DNA from: an uncultured Candidatus Rokubacteria bacterium
GTDB lineage: Bacteria > Methylomirabilota > Methylomirabilia > Rokubacteriales > CSP1-6
NCBI GenBank assembly: GCA_963758635.1
Contig: CAVWWD010000008.1
Location: 1,024,001-1,088,000 of the forward strand
Reading direction: 5' to 3'
DNA length: 64,000 nucleotides
The position numbers were made by a program, and so were the translations under genes. This document shows positions 19,343 to 29,398 of the stretch, piece after piece. A model generated the notes under the pieces. That model was not told the origin of the DNA, did no database searches, and saw only the letters and a program-made list of their open reading frames with translations. Each line of letters begins with the position of its first letter. Positions within the stretch are counted from its first letter, which is position 1.

Positions 19343-20452
19343 ATGAGGGTCTACGCGTTCGACCTGATGCCGTGGCCGCATCTCACGGAGCCGTCGTACT
19401 ACCCGGACGCGAACGCTGGCTTCGACCCCGTCCTGGGCCGCCAGGTCTACGCCGAGCACCTCGACCAGATGGTGCTCTACGAGCGCCACGGCTTCGACGC
19501 CATCGGCATCAACGAGCACCACTCCAAGCCGTACGGCCTCATGCCGTCGCCGAACCTGATCGCGGCCGCGCTGACCCAGCGGACGAGCCGCATCAAGATC
19601 GCGCTCCTCGGCAACCTGCCCGCCCTGCACGCGCACCCCGTGCGGCTGGCCGAGGAGGTCGCGATGCTCGACGTCATGTCCGGCGGCCGCATCATCTCGG
19701 GCTTCGTGCGGGGCGTGCCCCAGGAGTACCTCGCGCTCGGCGGCTCGCTCGCCGAGTCGCGCGAGCGCCTGGACGAGGCGTGGGAGCTGATCGTGAAGGC
19801 GTGGACCACGCACGAGCCGTTCGAGTGGCGCGGCAAGCACTTCCAGTACGAGCGCGTGTCGATCTGGCCGCGGCCGCTCCAGCAGCCGCACCCGCCGATC
19901 GTGCTGCCTGCGGACAGCGAGGAGGGGCTCGAGCTGGCCGCCCGCCGGCGCGTGGGGACGGGCGTCGCGTATCGCTCGACGACGCGGGCACGGGCCGTCT
20001 TCGAGCGCTACCGCCAGCTCGCCGACCGGCACGGCTGGACGCCACGGGCCGAGGACTGCCACGTGCTCCGCCACGTCTACGTGGCCGAGACGAACGAGCG
20101 GGCGCGGGCCGAGGCGGAGCCGCACCTCGCGTACTTCTGGCAGAAGCTCCTGAGCTATCACCGGGGCTCCGCGAAGCTCCTGGGCCAGGCCCCGCCCGCG
20201 CCCCCGGCCTCCGTCCGCGTCACCGAGGACCTGCCGCTCTACGCGCTCGACTTCGACCTGACCCAGCAGCACGGCCTCACGTTCGTGGGCGACCCCGACC
20301 ACGTCGCCCACGGGATCCGCGCGCACATGCAGGAGCTGGGCGCGGGCACCTTCATGGGTCTGTTCCAGTTCGGCAGCCTGCCCCACGACCTGGCCTGCCG
20401 CAACATCGAGCTCTTCGCCGAGCGCGTGCTCCCCCAGCTGCGTCTCGCCTGA
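19343..20452 (+). CDS. LLM-class flavin-dependent monooxygenase
   Basis: NEHH, MPSP, RLAEEVAMLDVMSGGR, PRPLQQPHPP; RBS GGAGG. Confidence 0.92.
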   Translation: MRVYAFDLMPWPHLTEPSYYPDANAGFDPVLGRQVYAEHLDQMVLYERHGFDAIGINEHHSKPYGLMPSPNLIAAALTQRTSRIKIALLGNLPALHAHPVRLAEEVAMLDVMSGGRIISGFVRGVPQEYLALGGSLAESRERLDEAWELIVKAWTTHEPFEWRGKHFQYERVSIWPRPLQQPHPPIVLPADSEEGLELAARRRVGTGVAYRSTTRARAVFERYRQLADRHGWTPRAEDCHVLRHVYVAETNERARAEAEPHLAYFWQKLLSYHRGSAKLLGQAPPAPPASVRVTEDLPLYALDFDLTQQHGLTFVGDPDHVAHGIRAHMQELGAGTFMGLFQFGSLPHDLACRNIELFAERVLPQLRLA

Positions 20453-20474
20453 CCCGCCGGCGTTACCTCGCGAG

Positions 20475-20695
20475 CGGTCGCCGGGACCCGCGGGCGGGGC
20501 GGCGGCGGAGGGCCCTTGTGGCGTGACGCCTCGGCGCGGGCGCGGGCGGGGCGACGCGGGGCGCGGCCCCCCCATCCCCAGGGACGGGCCGCGCGCGCGG
20601 CTGCCGACCCGCGACGGCGCGCTCGCCCCGCCCGGCCTGCGAGCGTGCGCCACGGGCCCGCCGCTGCCGCCCCGCCCGCGGGGCCCGGCGGACCG
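20475..20695. repeat. Long imperfect GC-rich inverted repeat (~80-bp arms) between convergent genes
   Basis: 20475-20558 pairs with the reverse complement of 20618-20695 (e.g. CCCGCGGGCGGGGCGGC / GCCGCCCCGCCCGCGGG). Confidence 0.7.
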
Positions 20696-20739
20696 GCGTA
20701 CGTGCGCGCGCCGAGCCCATGATACCGGCGATGCCTGCG

Positions 20740-22326
20740 TCAGCGGGCGAGCCAGGTGTTCCAGAAGTAGAGCTCGGGGCCGGCGCGGAAGCCGCGCAGC
20801 TCCTTGCGGGTCACGTCCAGCGAGAAGTAGTCGCCGAACTTGATGCGGCCAACGTCCTCGTGGAAGATCGCCTGAACGCGCTCGATCAGCGCCTTGCGCT
20901 TCTTCGGGTCCGTCTCGCGCACCATCTCGGTGAGGAGCTTCTCCTTCTCCTCGTGGCACCACCAGCCGGGCCAGTTGCACTGGATGCTCGTGGCCAGCGC
21001 GGGGTCGGCGGTGAACGTGAAGCCGGTCGAGAACACGTCGAACAGCTCGGGCTTGTTGCGCCGCTGCACGAGGGTGGCCCAGTCCACCACCTGGAGATCG
21101 ACCTTGAAGCCGACCTCCTCGAGCTGCTGCTTGGCCACCAGCGCGTTCTTGTACATCCACTCGTACTCGCGCGTGCTGATCCAGCGGACGGGCTCGCCCT
21201 TGTAGCCGGCTTCCTGGAGGAGCTTCTTCGCCTTGTCCTTGCCCTTCTGGTTGTACGCGCTCACCGCGGCCTGCGAGTGCCAGGCCGTCTGCTCGGGGTA
21301 GAAGAGGGCGCCGTCCAGGCGGTAGAACTCCTTGTTGCCGAAGCCCGCGGCCATGATCGGCTCCATGTCGAGCGCGGCCTGGAAGGCCTGGCGGAGCTTC
21401 TTCTGGGTCATCAGGCCCTGCTTGTGGTTGAGGACCGCGGTGGTCCAGCCGGACGGCTTCACCACCCGGGCGTCGAGGGCGGCGATCGTCTTGACGCGGT
21501 CGTACTGGTCCTGCTTGATCTGCTGGCCGAAGTGGTACTCGCCCGTCTCCACGCCGGCCAGGCGCACCGCCACGTCGGGCACGGGGATGAACAGGATCTC
21601 GTCGAGGTACGCCGTGCGCTTGCCGCCGTAGCCGTCGGGGGCGTCCGCGCGGGCCGCGTAGTCCTTGAAGCGGGCGAGCTTGATGTGGCGGTCGGGCTTG
21701 TGCTCGACGAAGCGGTACGGCCCGGTGCCGACGATGTCCTTGACCTGGCCCTCGCCCGCCGCGGCGATCGTCTCCTTGGGATAGATGGCGGCGCCGTTGT
21801 TGGGGCGGCCGAGCCCGTAGAGGAGCGAGCCCGAGGCCTCCTTCAGGTGGATCACCACGGTGTAGGCGTCCTTGGCCTCTACCGCCTCCACGTCCTTCCA
21901 GATGAGCTTGCCGGGGGTGGACATCTTGCCCCAGCGCTGGAGGGAGGGCACCACGTCGGCGGACGTCATCTCCTTGCCGGTGTGGAACTTGACGCCCTTG
22001 CGGAGCGCGATCGTGTAGCGCCGGCCGCCGTCCGTCACGGTGTGGCCCTCGGCGAGCATGGGGATCGGGTTGAAGTTCTTGTCGTAGGTGTAGAGCGTCT
22101 CGAGCACGTGCCACGTGATCTGCTGGGTGATGACCGCGGTCGTGGCGTGCAGGTCGAGCGAGGGCGGCTCGCCGATCATCGCGGCCTTGAGCACCCCGCC
22201 CATGCGGGGGGTGTCCTGCGCGGCCGCCTGCGGGGCGGCGGCGATCAGGACCAGGAACAGCGAGAGCCACGTGGTGGGCCGGCGGCTCCACCGGTAGATG
22301 ATCGTCTCGAGCCGTGTCGTCTTCAT
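20740..22326 (-). CDS. Family-5 ABC substrate-binding protein
   Basis: Signal peptide, EPPSLDLH, LRKGVKFH, VGTGPYR; close paralog of 13032-14609. Confidence 0.92.
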   Translation of the reverse strand: MKTTRLETIIYRWSRRPTTWLSLFLVLIAAAPQAAAQDTPRMGGVLKAAMIGEPPSLDLHATTAVITQQITWHVLETLYTYDKNFNPIPMLAEGHTVTDGGRRYTIALRKGVKFHTGKEMTSADVVPSLQRWGKMSTPGKLIWKDVEAVEAKDAYTVVIHLKEASGSLLYGLGRPNNGAAIYPKETIAAAGEGQVKDIVGTGPYRFVEHKPDRHIKLARFKDYAARADAPDGYGGKRTAYLDEILFIPVPDVAVRLAGVETGEYHFGQQIKQDQYDRVKTIAALDARVVKPSGWTTAVLNHKQGLMTQKKLRQAFQAALDMEPIMAAGFGNKEFYRLDGALFYPEQTAWHSQAAVSAYNQKGKDKAKKLLQEAGYKGEPVRWISTREYEWMYKNALVAKQQLEEVGFKVDLQVVDWATLVQRRNKPELFDVFSTGFTFTADPALATSIQCNWPGWWCHEEKEKLLTEMVRETDPKKRKALIERVQAIFHEDVGRIKFGDYFSLDVTRKELRGFRAGPELYFWNTWLAR

Positions 22327-22430
22327 GAGCGTCCCCCTCTTGGCGCGTCGTCGTGGCGCGGCGGGCCGACTCTACGGCATCGGCCGCCGCGCCGCCAGTC
22401 TCGATCCCGGGCCCCTTCGCGGCCGGCCGT

Positions 22431-22740
22431 CTACTTCTTGCCGAACACGCCGAGGAGGCCGGACAGGAACTCGCCCTTGCCGATGACCTGGTCCAGCTCG
22501 CCGGCGTCCAGCCAGAGGCCGTCGCACGACACGCACTTGTCGATCCGCACCTGCCGGAACGGCACCTCGACCAGCTCGGCCCCGTCGCGCGGGCAGCGCA
22601 TGCGAGGAATCTGGGCGAGCTTCGCCCGCTCCTCCACGGCGAGCGCCGCGGCGCGCTCCTCGGCCTGCTTCTTCCGGCGCTCGAACTCCTGACGCGCGAA
22701 GTACTCGTCCTCGGATTCAGTGGGCTTCTGTGGGGCTCAC
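22431..22740 (-). CDS. Small zf-TFIIB zinc-ribbon protein (indel near start)
   Basis: KPTESEDEYF...MRCPRD...IDKCVSCDGLWLDAGEL; RBS AGGAGGAG. Confidence 0.8.
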
Positions 22741-22804
22741 TCGTGGCTCCTCCTCGCCTGGGGATTGGGGGCTAGGGATAGGGACAGCGCCGACCGCCCG
22801 GTCG

Positions 22805-23384
22805 TCACGAGACCCGGGCGCGGCGACCTTGCCAGAACGGCTCGCGCAGGACGCGCTTGAGCACCTTGCCCGAGCCGGTGTGCGGCAGCTCGTCCACGAA
22901 GGCGACGGAGCGGGGCACCTTGTAGCCGGCGAGCGCGCCGCGGGCGAAGGTCACCACGTCCTCCGCGGAGACGGTGTGGCCGGCGCGGGGGACCACCACG
23001 GCGTGCACGCTCTCGCCCCACTCCTCGCTCGGAACGCCGAAGACCGCGGCCTGCAGGATGGCGGGGTGCCGCGCCAGCGCGGCCTCGATCTCGGCCGGAT
23101 ACACGTTCATGCCGCCGGTGATGATCATGTCGCTCTTGCGGTCGCAGATGTGATGTCTTGAGGAGCGCGTGGATCGCGCGCACCACGCCGGGCGAGTTCT
23201 GGCCGCACCAGGCCACCTTGTCCCCCGGCCGCACGCCCAGCGCGAGGAGCGCGTTGGCGAGGCGGTTGGCCTGGCGGTTCAGCTCGGCGAAGGTCCACGT
23301 GGTGACGGCGCCGCCGGGGCGGTCGTCGATGACGGCGGGCTTGTCCGGAATCTGGGCGGCGTGCGCGATCACGGGCGAGGGCAC
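22805..23384 (-). pseudogene. Acyl-CoA synthetase with a large internal deletion
   Basis: N-terminal ~78 aa (TFAELNRQANRLANAL...GDKV) joined near 23150 to the C-terminal ICDRKSDMIITGG...GKVLK; AMP-binding core absent. Confidence 0.8.
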
Positions 23385-23586
23385 GAACACACCTCCGTAA
23401 CGGGTTCGCGAGCGTGAGGGCATCGGCATCGGATTTCGCTCGATGATACCTCCGGCGTCAACGCCATTCGCGGCGTGAGATCGGCGCCTTGACTTCGACG
23501 GCCGGTTCACGCACATGATGGCCCGGCCGTCACGTCGGGGGCGGGCGCCCCGGCCGGGCGGACGACAATCCAGGAGGGGGAGGGCG

Positions 23587-24483
23587 ATGGGACTGCTCGA
23601 CGGGAAGGTGGCCGTGGTCACGGGGGCGGGAAGCGGCATCGGGCGCGGCGTGGCGCTGGGCCTGGCCGCGGCGGGCGCCCAGGTCGTGGTGGGCGACTAC
23701 GGGGTGAGCGTGGACGGCCGCGATCCGTCCAGCGAGCCCGCGAACAAGGTCGTCAAGGAGATCCAGGCCAAAGGCGGCCAGGCGGTGGCCGCGGCGGAGA
23801 ACGTGGCGACGATGGCGGGGGGCCGCGCGATGGTCGACGCGGCCATCTCGACCTTCGGCGACCTCCACATCGTGGTGTGCTGCGCGGGCATCCTGCGCGA
23901 GCGGATGATCTTCAACATGACCGAGGAGGAGTGGGACGCGGTGGTCGCCGTCCACCTCAAGGGCCACTTCACGCTCATGCAGCCGGCCACGCGCCACATG
24001 CGGGAAAAGCGCGCCGGGAGCATCATCACGTTCACCTCGACGGCCGGGCTCGAGGGGAGCCCCGGTCAGCCGAACTACTCGGCGGCCAAGGAGGGCATCG
24101 TGGGGCTCACGCGCTCCACCGCGCTCGCCATGGCGAAGTACGGCGTGAGGTGCAACTGCATCTCGCCCACCGCCGACACCCGGATGACCCAGCGCCTGCC
24201 CGAGGACCGGAAGGGCGTGGCCACCGCCACCCCCGCCGAGGCGATCGCCCCCGTCGTGGCCTTCCTGGGCAGCGACCGCGCCGCCCACATCACGGGGCAG
24301 GTGATCGGCGTCCGGGGCAACGAGGTCTCGCTCTGGTCGCACCCGAAGGCCACACGTGCCGTGACCAGCCAGGAGCCGTGGACTCCGGAGGCCCTGGCCG
24401 ACGTCTACGACGGCGCGCTCGGGCAGGACCGGCTGCGCCGGCTGGACGTCATGAACATCCAGTGGCCGCCAAAGTCATCGTGA
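23587..24483 (+). CDS. SDR-family oxidoreductase
   Basis: TGAGSGIG, CAGILR, NYSAAK. Confidence 0.92.
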   Translation: MGLLDGKVAVVTGAGSGIGRGVALGLAAAGAQVVVGDYGVSVDGRDPSSEPANKVVKEIQAKGGQAVAAAENVATMAGGRAMVDAAISTFGDLHIVVCCAGILRERMIFNMTEEEWDAVVAVHLKGHFTLMQPATRHMREKRAGSIITFTSTAGLEGSPGQPNYSAAKEGIVGLTRSTALAMAKYGVRCNCISPTADTRMTQRLPEDRKGVATATPAEAIAPVVAFLGSDRAAHITGQVIGVRGNEVSLWSHPKATRAVTSQEPWTPEALADVYDGALGQDRLRRLDVMNIQWPPKSS

Positions 24484-24566
24484 TCGGGGGGAGCGACCGC
24501 CGCTCCCCCCGATAGCCCCCCAACGATTCCCGCCGCGCGCAGCCGGCGCTTCCGGAAGGGCGCAGC

Positions 24567-24601
24567 AAGGCCCCGGCGGATCACGCCGGGGCCTTTGTTT
24601 T
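24567..24601 (+). terminator. Rho-independent terminator (possibly bidirectional)
   Basis: AAGGCCCCGGCG-GATCA-CGCCGGGGCCTT followed by TGTTTT, between convergent genes. Confidence 0.7.
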
Positions 24602-24618
24602 CAGTAGCCTACGGAGAT

Positions 24619-25582
24619 CTACTTCAGCCTTGGGTCGAGGGCGTCGCGGAGGCCGTCGCCGAACAGGTTGAAGCCGAGGACGGTCACGAAGATGGCCAGC
24701 CCGGGGAACAGCGAGAGCCACGCATTGGCCTGGATGAAGGACACGTTGGCCTTGAGGTCCCACCCCCAGCTCGGCGTCGGGGGCTGCGTGCCGAGCCCGA
24801 GGAACGACAGCGTGGCCTCCACGATGATCGAGGTGGCGATGCCCAGGCGTGGTGGTCACGATGATCGGGGCCAGGCAGTTGGGCAGCACGTGGCGCAGCA
24901 GGATCACCGGGTCGCGCACGCCCACCGCGCGGGACGCCTCGATGTACTCCTTCTCCTTGATCGAGAGCACGCTGCCCCGCACCAGCCGCGCGTAGATCGG
25001 GATCCGCACGATGGCGATGGCGCCCACGACCTTGATCGTGCCGATCAGGCCCGCGGTCGGAGTGAAGATCACCATGAGGATGATGGCCAGCAGGTAGATC
25101 GGGAACGCGAGGATCAGGTCCATCACCCGCATGATGTACGAGTCGAGGCGCCCGCCGTAGTAGCCCGCGATCAAGCCGAACGGCACCCCCACGAACAGCG
25201 CGAGCAGCACCGACGACACCCCCACCGCCAGCGAGATGCGGGTCCCGTGGATGACCCGGCTCAGCATGTCCCGGCCGAGCTGGTCGGTGCCGAGCGGGTA
25301 GTCGAGGCTCGGGCGCTCGAAGGTGTGGGTTTGATCGCTGGTGATCGGGCTCTGAGGCGCGAGCACGTCGGCGAACAGGGCCACGAAGAGCAGCGCCATC
25401 ACGATGACGAAGCCCACCACCGCGGTGACGCTCTTGCGTAGCCGGCGGACGGCCTGGGCGAACGGCGACTCCGCCCGCGCGGCGTTGCCGCGCACCACGA
25501 CCGGCAGGGGCAGCTCGCTCTCGCTGATCGAGCCACCGCTGATCGGCCGCCGGATGATATCTCTCTCGTCGGGCTGGCTCAT
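24619..25582 (-). CDS. Peptide ABC permease, DppC type (frameshift near 24845)
   Basis: [32 protein letters not shown]. Confidence 0.88.
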
Positions 25583-25591
25583 GGCGTGTCC

Positions 25592-26566
25592 TCAGGTATA
25601 CCGGATCCGGGGGTCCAGGAACGTGTACGTGAGGTCCACGAAGAGGTTGATGACGACGAAGGCCAGCGCGGTGATGAGGGCGAAGCCCTGCACCTGCTGG
25701 TAGTCCCGCGCGATGATCGCGTCGATGCCGAAGGTGCCGAGCCCGGGCATCGCGAAGAGCGTCTCCACCACGATGGCCCCGCCGATGAGGAAGCCGACCT
25801 GGAGGCCCATCACGGTGACCGTCGGGATCAGGGCGTTCTTGAGCGCGTGCTTGAGCACCACCGGGGTCTCGCTGAGGCCCTTCGCGCGCGCCGTGGTCAC
25901 GTACTCCGTTCGGATGACCTCGAGCATGCTGGCCCGCAGGAGCCGGGTCAGGATGGCCGCGCGGCCGACCCCGAGGGCGAGCGCGGGCATGAGGACGTGC
26001 TGCATGTTGCCCCAGAAGCTCACGCCGCAGACCATCATCGGGCACGTGCCGGGCAGGTACACCCACCCCGAGCTGGGCAGGACCCCGCCGAGGCCGATCG
26101 AAAACACGAGCAGCAGCAGGACGCCGATGAAGAACTCCGGGATGGACACGCCGATCATGGCGATCGAGGTGGCGGTGTAGTCGGCCCAGGTGTTCTGGCG
26201 CAGGGCCCCGACCAGGGCGGCGGGGATGGCGATGACCAGGGCCACCACCATCGACAGGACGATGAGCTCGAGGGTCACGGGCAGGCGCACGAGCACGTCG
26301 GAGAGGACGGGCCGCCCGCTGAGGATCGAGGCGCCCCAGTCGCCCTGGACCAGCTTGCCGAGCCAGATCCCGTACTGCACGATCAGGGGCTTGTCGAGCC
26401 CGTAGGTCTGGCGCGCCTTGATGGCGTCCTCCTCGGTGTACGCGTCACCGAGGAGGGCCACCACGGGATCGCCGGGGATCGAGCGCATCATCAAGAACAC
26501 CACGAAGGTGATCATGAGGATCGTGGGGACGATCTGGACCAGCCGCTTGAGGAAGTAGATCCGCAT
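25592..26566 (-). CDS. Peptide ABC permease, DppB type
   Basis: PGDPV, TARAKG, RDYQQVQG, DPRIRY. Confidence 0.92.
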   Translation of the reverse strand: MRIYFLKRLVQIVPTILMITFVVFLMMRSIPGDPVVALLGDAYTEEDAIKARQTYGLDKPLIVQYGIWLGKLVQGDWGASILSGRPVLSDVLVRLPVTLELIVLSMVVALVIAIPAALVGALRQNTWADYTATSIAMIGVSIPEFFIGVLLLLVFSIGLGGVLPSSGWVYLPGTCPMMVCGVSFWGNMQHVLMPALALGVGRAAILTRLLRASMLEVIRTEYVTTARAKGLSETPVVLKHALKNALIPTVTVMGLQVGFLIGGAIVVETLFAMPGLGTFGIDAIIARDYQQVQGFALITALAFVVINLFVDLTYTFLDPRIRYT

Positions 26567-26570
26567 GCGG

Positions 26571-28187
26571 TTACTTGTCCAGCCAGACCGTGTCCCAGTG
26601 CACCTCGAACTCCGCGTTGTACGTGTACCCCTTCACCCACGGCTGGGCCACCATGTAGAAGGGCGAGCCGGAGATCACGTTGTAGTACATCTTGTCGGCC
26701 ATGTACTCCAGGAGCTCCTTCGCCAGCGCCTTGCGCTTGGCGTTGTCCGTCTCCCGCGCGTAGCGGGCGTAGTAATCGTCCACCTTCGTGTCGGTGTGCC
26801 GCGGATGGCTCCACGCCGAGGATTTCGTCGACACGTAGGCCGTGGAGAGGTAGCCGTTGCTGTCGATGGTCAGGAGCGACAGCAGGTCCTCCACGTACAT
26901 GTCCCACGGCCCGTCCTGGAGCGTGGTGTTCATCCAGCTCACCTTGTCGACGAGCTTGACGTTCGCGGTGACGCCGATCCGCGCGTACTGCTCCTTGATC
27001 ACGGTGGCGATCACGCCGAAGACGCTCTTCTCGGTGTTGGTCATCAGCTCCAGGGTGAGCGGCTTCGCGGGACCGTAGCCGGCCTCGGCGAGCAGCGCCT
27101 TGGCCTTGGCCTGGTCGTAGGGGCACATGGCGTTGACGTTCACGCTCTCGAGCGTGCCGGGCGGGGCCATCCCGACCCACGGCGTGGCCTGGCCCTTGAA
27201 CGCGATCTTCACGATCTCCTGGCGGTCGATGCCGAAGCAGCCCAGCGCCTTGCGCACGCGCAGGTCGCCCAGGATCGGGTGCGGCACGCGATCCACCGAC
27301 ATGGGCTTGCCGTCCTTGGGCACGGTGACCTTCATCGCCGCGAGCATCGGCGTGGTCTCCTTGCCCGTCATGATCTGGGCCTTCGGGTTCTGAGACCGCA
27401 TGGTGTCGACGTGCTCGGGCGAGAACGAGGCGATGAAGTCGACCTCGCCGGCCTTGAACGCGGCCATCTCGGTGACCGGGTCCTTGATCACGCGGATGAT
27501 GACCTTGTCGACGTGCGGCTGGCCGGGCACGAAGTACTTGTCGAACCGCTCCATGAGGAGGTGGCTGCCCTTGACCCACTCCACGAGCCGGAACGGCCCG
27601 CACCCCACCACCGCGCCCGGCTTGCCCTGCTTGCGGTCCTCCACCGTGTACTTCTGGGTGGCCGCGGGCGAGTAGAGCACGAGGCCCGTGCGGTACGCGG
27701 CGAGCATGTGCAGGAAGAACGCGTAGGGATGCTTGAGCCGCACCTGCACGGTCTGCGGGTCGAGCACCTCGACGCTGTGGACGGGCTCGTAGAACGGCCG
27801 CATGCCGGACTTCGTCGCGGGGTCCATGAGCCGCTCGATGCTGAACTTCACCGCGGCGGCGTCCACGGGCGTGCCGTCGTGGAAGAGGGCGTTCTTCCGG
27901 AGCTTGAAGGTGTAGGTGAGGTGATCGGACGAGGCCTGGAAGGACTCGGCGGCGTCGGGGACGAACTTGCCGTCCGGGGTGATGTTGACGAGGCCGCAGC
28001 CCACGTTCATCGCCACCCACATCATTTCGTAGCCGGGCGCGGTGTGGAAGTCGAGGTTGGCGATCTCGTTGCCGTACGAGACGCGGAGCGTGCCGCCGCG
28101 CTTGGGCGTCTGCGCGTCGGCCAGGCTTCCGATCAGCAGTACGGACACGAAGAGTACGGCGGCGAGCAGGGTGGGTCGGCGAGTCAT
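26571..28187 (-). CDS. Family-5 ABC substrate-binding protein
   Basis: Signal peptide, PKRGGTL, LRKNALFHDG, GCGPF. Confidence 0.9.
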   Translation of the reverse strand: MTRRPTLLAAVLFVSVLLIGSLADAQTPKRGGTLRVSYGNEIANLDFHTAPGYEMMWVAMNVGCGLVNITPDGKFVPDAAESFQASSDHLTYTFKLRKNALFHDGTPVDAAAVKFSIERLMDPATKSGMRPFYEPVHSVEVLDPQTVQVRLKHPYAFFLHMLAAYRTGLVLYSPAATQKYTVEDRKQGKPGAVVGCGPFRLVEWVKGSHLLMERFDKYFVPGQPHVDKVIIRVIKDPVTEMAAFKAGEVDFIASFSPEHVDTMRSQNPKAQIMTGKETTPMLAAMKVTVPKDGKPMSVDRVPHPILGDLRVRKALGCFGIDRQEIVKIAFKGQATPWVGMAPPGTLESVNVNAMCPYDQAKAKALLAEAGYGPAKPLTLELMTNTEKSVFGVIATVIKEQYARIGVTANVKLVDKVSWMNTTLQDGPWDMYVEDLLSLLTIDSNGYLSTAYVSTKSSAWSHPRHTDTKVDDYYARYARETDNAKRKALAKELLEYMADKMYYNVISGSPFYMVAQPWVKGYTYNAEFEVHWDTVWLDK

Positions 28188-28541
28188 GGGCAAGACCTCC
28201 TGGCTGAATGTCGAGCGACGGTCAGGGTGCTGCGGGTGCGCCTTGTGCGCTGAGAACGGGCAACGGGAGGAGCTGCCACTGCCGGGGAAAGCGGCCATCA
28301 GTACCCCCGCGGTCCGCCGGGACGCGGACGCGACGCCGGGCCGTTGCGGGAGTGTGCCCTCGGCCCCGGTACCTTTGCAACTGATTTTTTCGCCGTCAGG
28401 TTCCGGGGACGGGGCTGACGCGCGGCGTTAACCGCGCCGGCCGGCCGGCTACCCGTACTGCTCGGGCGCGCCGGCCGGCAGGGCGGCGGGGTGCTACGAT
28501 CGGCGGCATGTCTTCGCGGCTGCCCTCACGGGAGAGAGACC

Positions 28542-29354
28542 ATGACGGACGGACACGCCGCCTTCGTCGGATCGGTCCCGGCCAACTACGACCGGTTCCT
28601 GGGCCCCCTGCTGTTCCACGCCTACGCCGACGACCTGGCGGGGCGCCTGCCCGTGGCCGACGGCATGCGCGTGCTGGAAGTGGCGTGCGGCACCGGCATC
28701 GTCTCCGAGCGCCTCGCGCGGCGTCTGGCCGGCCGGGGCACCCTGGTCGCCACCGACCTGAACGCGGCGATGATCGAGGAGGCGCGGGCGCGCCGAGGCG
28801 GCGCCGGCCATCGAGTGGCGCCCGGCCGACGGCGCCGCGCTGCCCTTCCCTGACGCGAGCTTCGACGCCGTCGTGTGCCAGTTCGGCCTGATGTTCTTCC
28901 CCGACAAGGCGGCGGGGGTCCGCGAGGCATGGCGCGTGCTCCGGCCGGGCGGCCGGTACCTGTTCAACGTGTGGGACGCGATGGAGCGGAACCCGGTGGT
29001 CGCGCTGACCCACGACGACGGCGGCGAGCTTCTTCCCCGCGGACCCGCCGAGCTTCTACACCGTCCCCTACAGTCTCCACGACGTGGCCGTGGTGCGCTC
29101 GCTCCTCGACGCGGCGGGCTTCGTCGACGTCGCTTGCACGCCGGTCGACGCGCGCGGAGAGAGCCCGTCGGCGGCCGACGCGGCGATCGGCCTGCTCGAC
29201 GGCAACCCCATCGGGGCGGCCATCGTGCGAGCGCCGCGCGGATGCGCTCGGGGAGGTGAGGGCGGCGCTGGCGGCGCGCCTCGCCGAGCGTTTCGGGGAC
29301 CGGCCGTTGCGCTCACCGCTCCGCGCCCTCGTCTGGACGGCCCGGCGCCCCTGA
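28542..29354 (+). CDS. Class I SAM-dependent methyltransferase (UbiE-like), frameshifted
   Basis: RVLEVACGTG, LPFPDASFDAVVCQFGLMFFPD, RVLRPGG. Confidence 0.85.
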
Positions 29355-29398
29355 CGGCTCCGGGTCGACGCGGACCCGGCTCCGCCTGCGCGCGGGGC

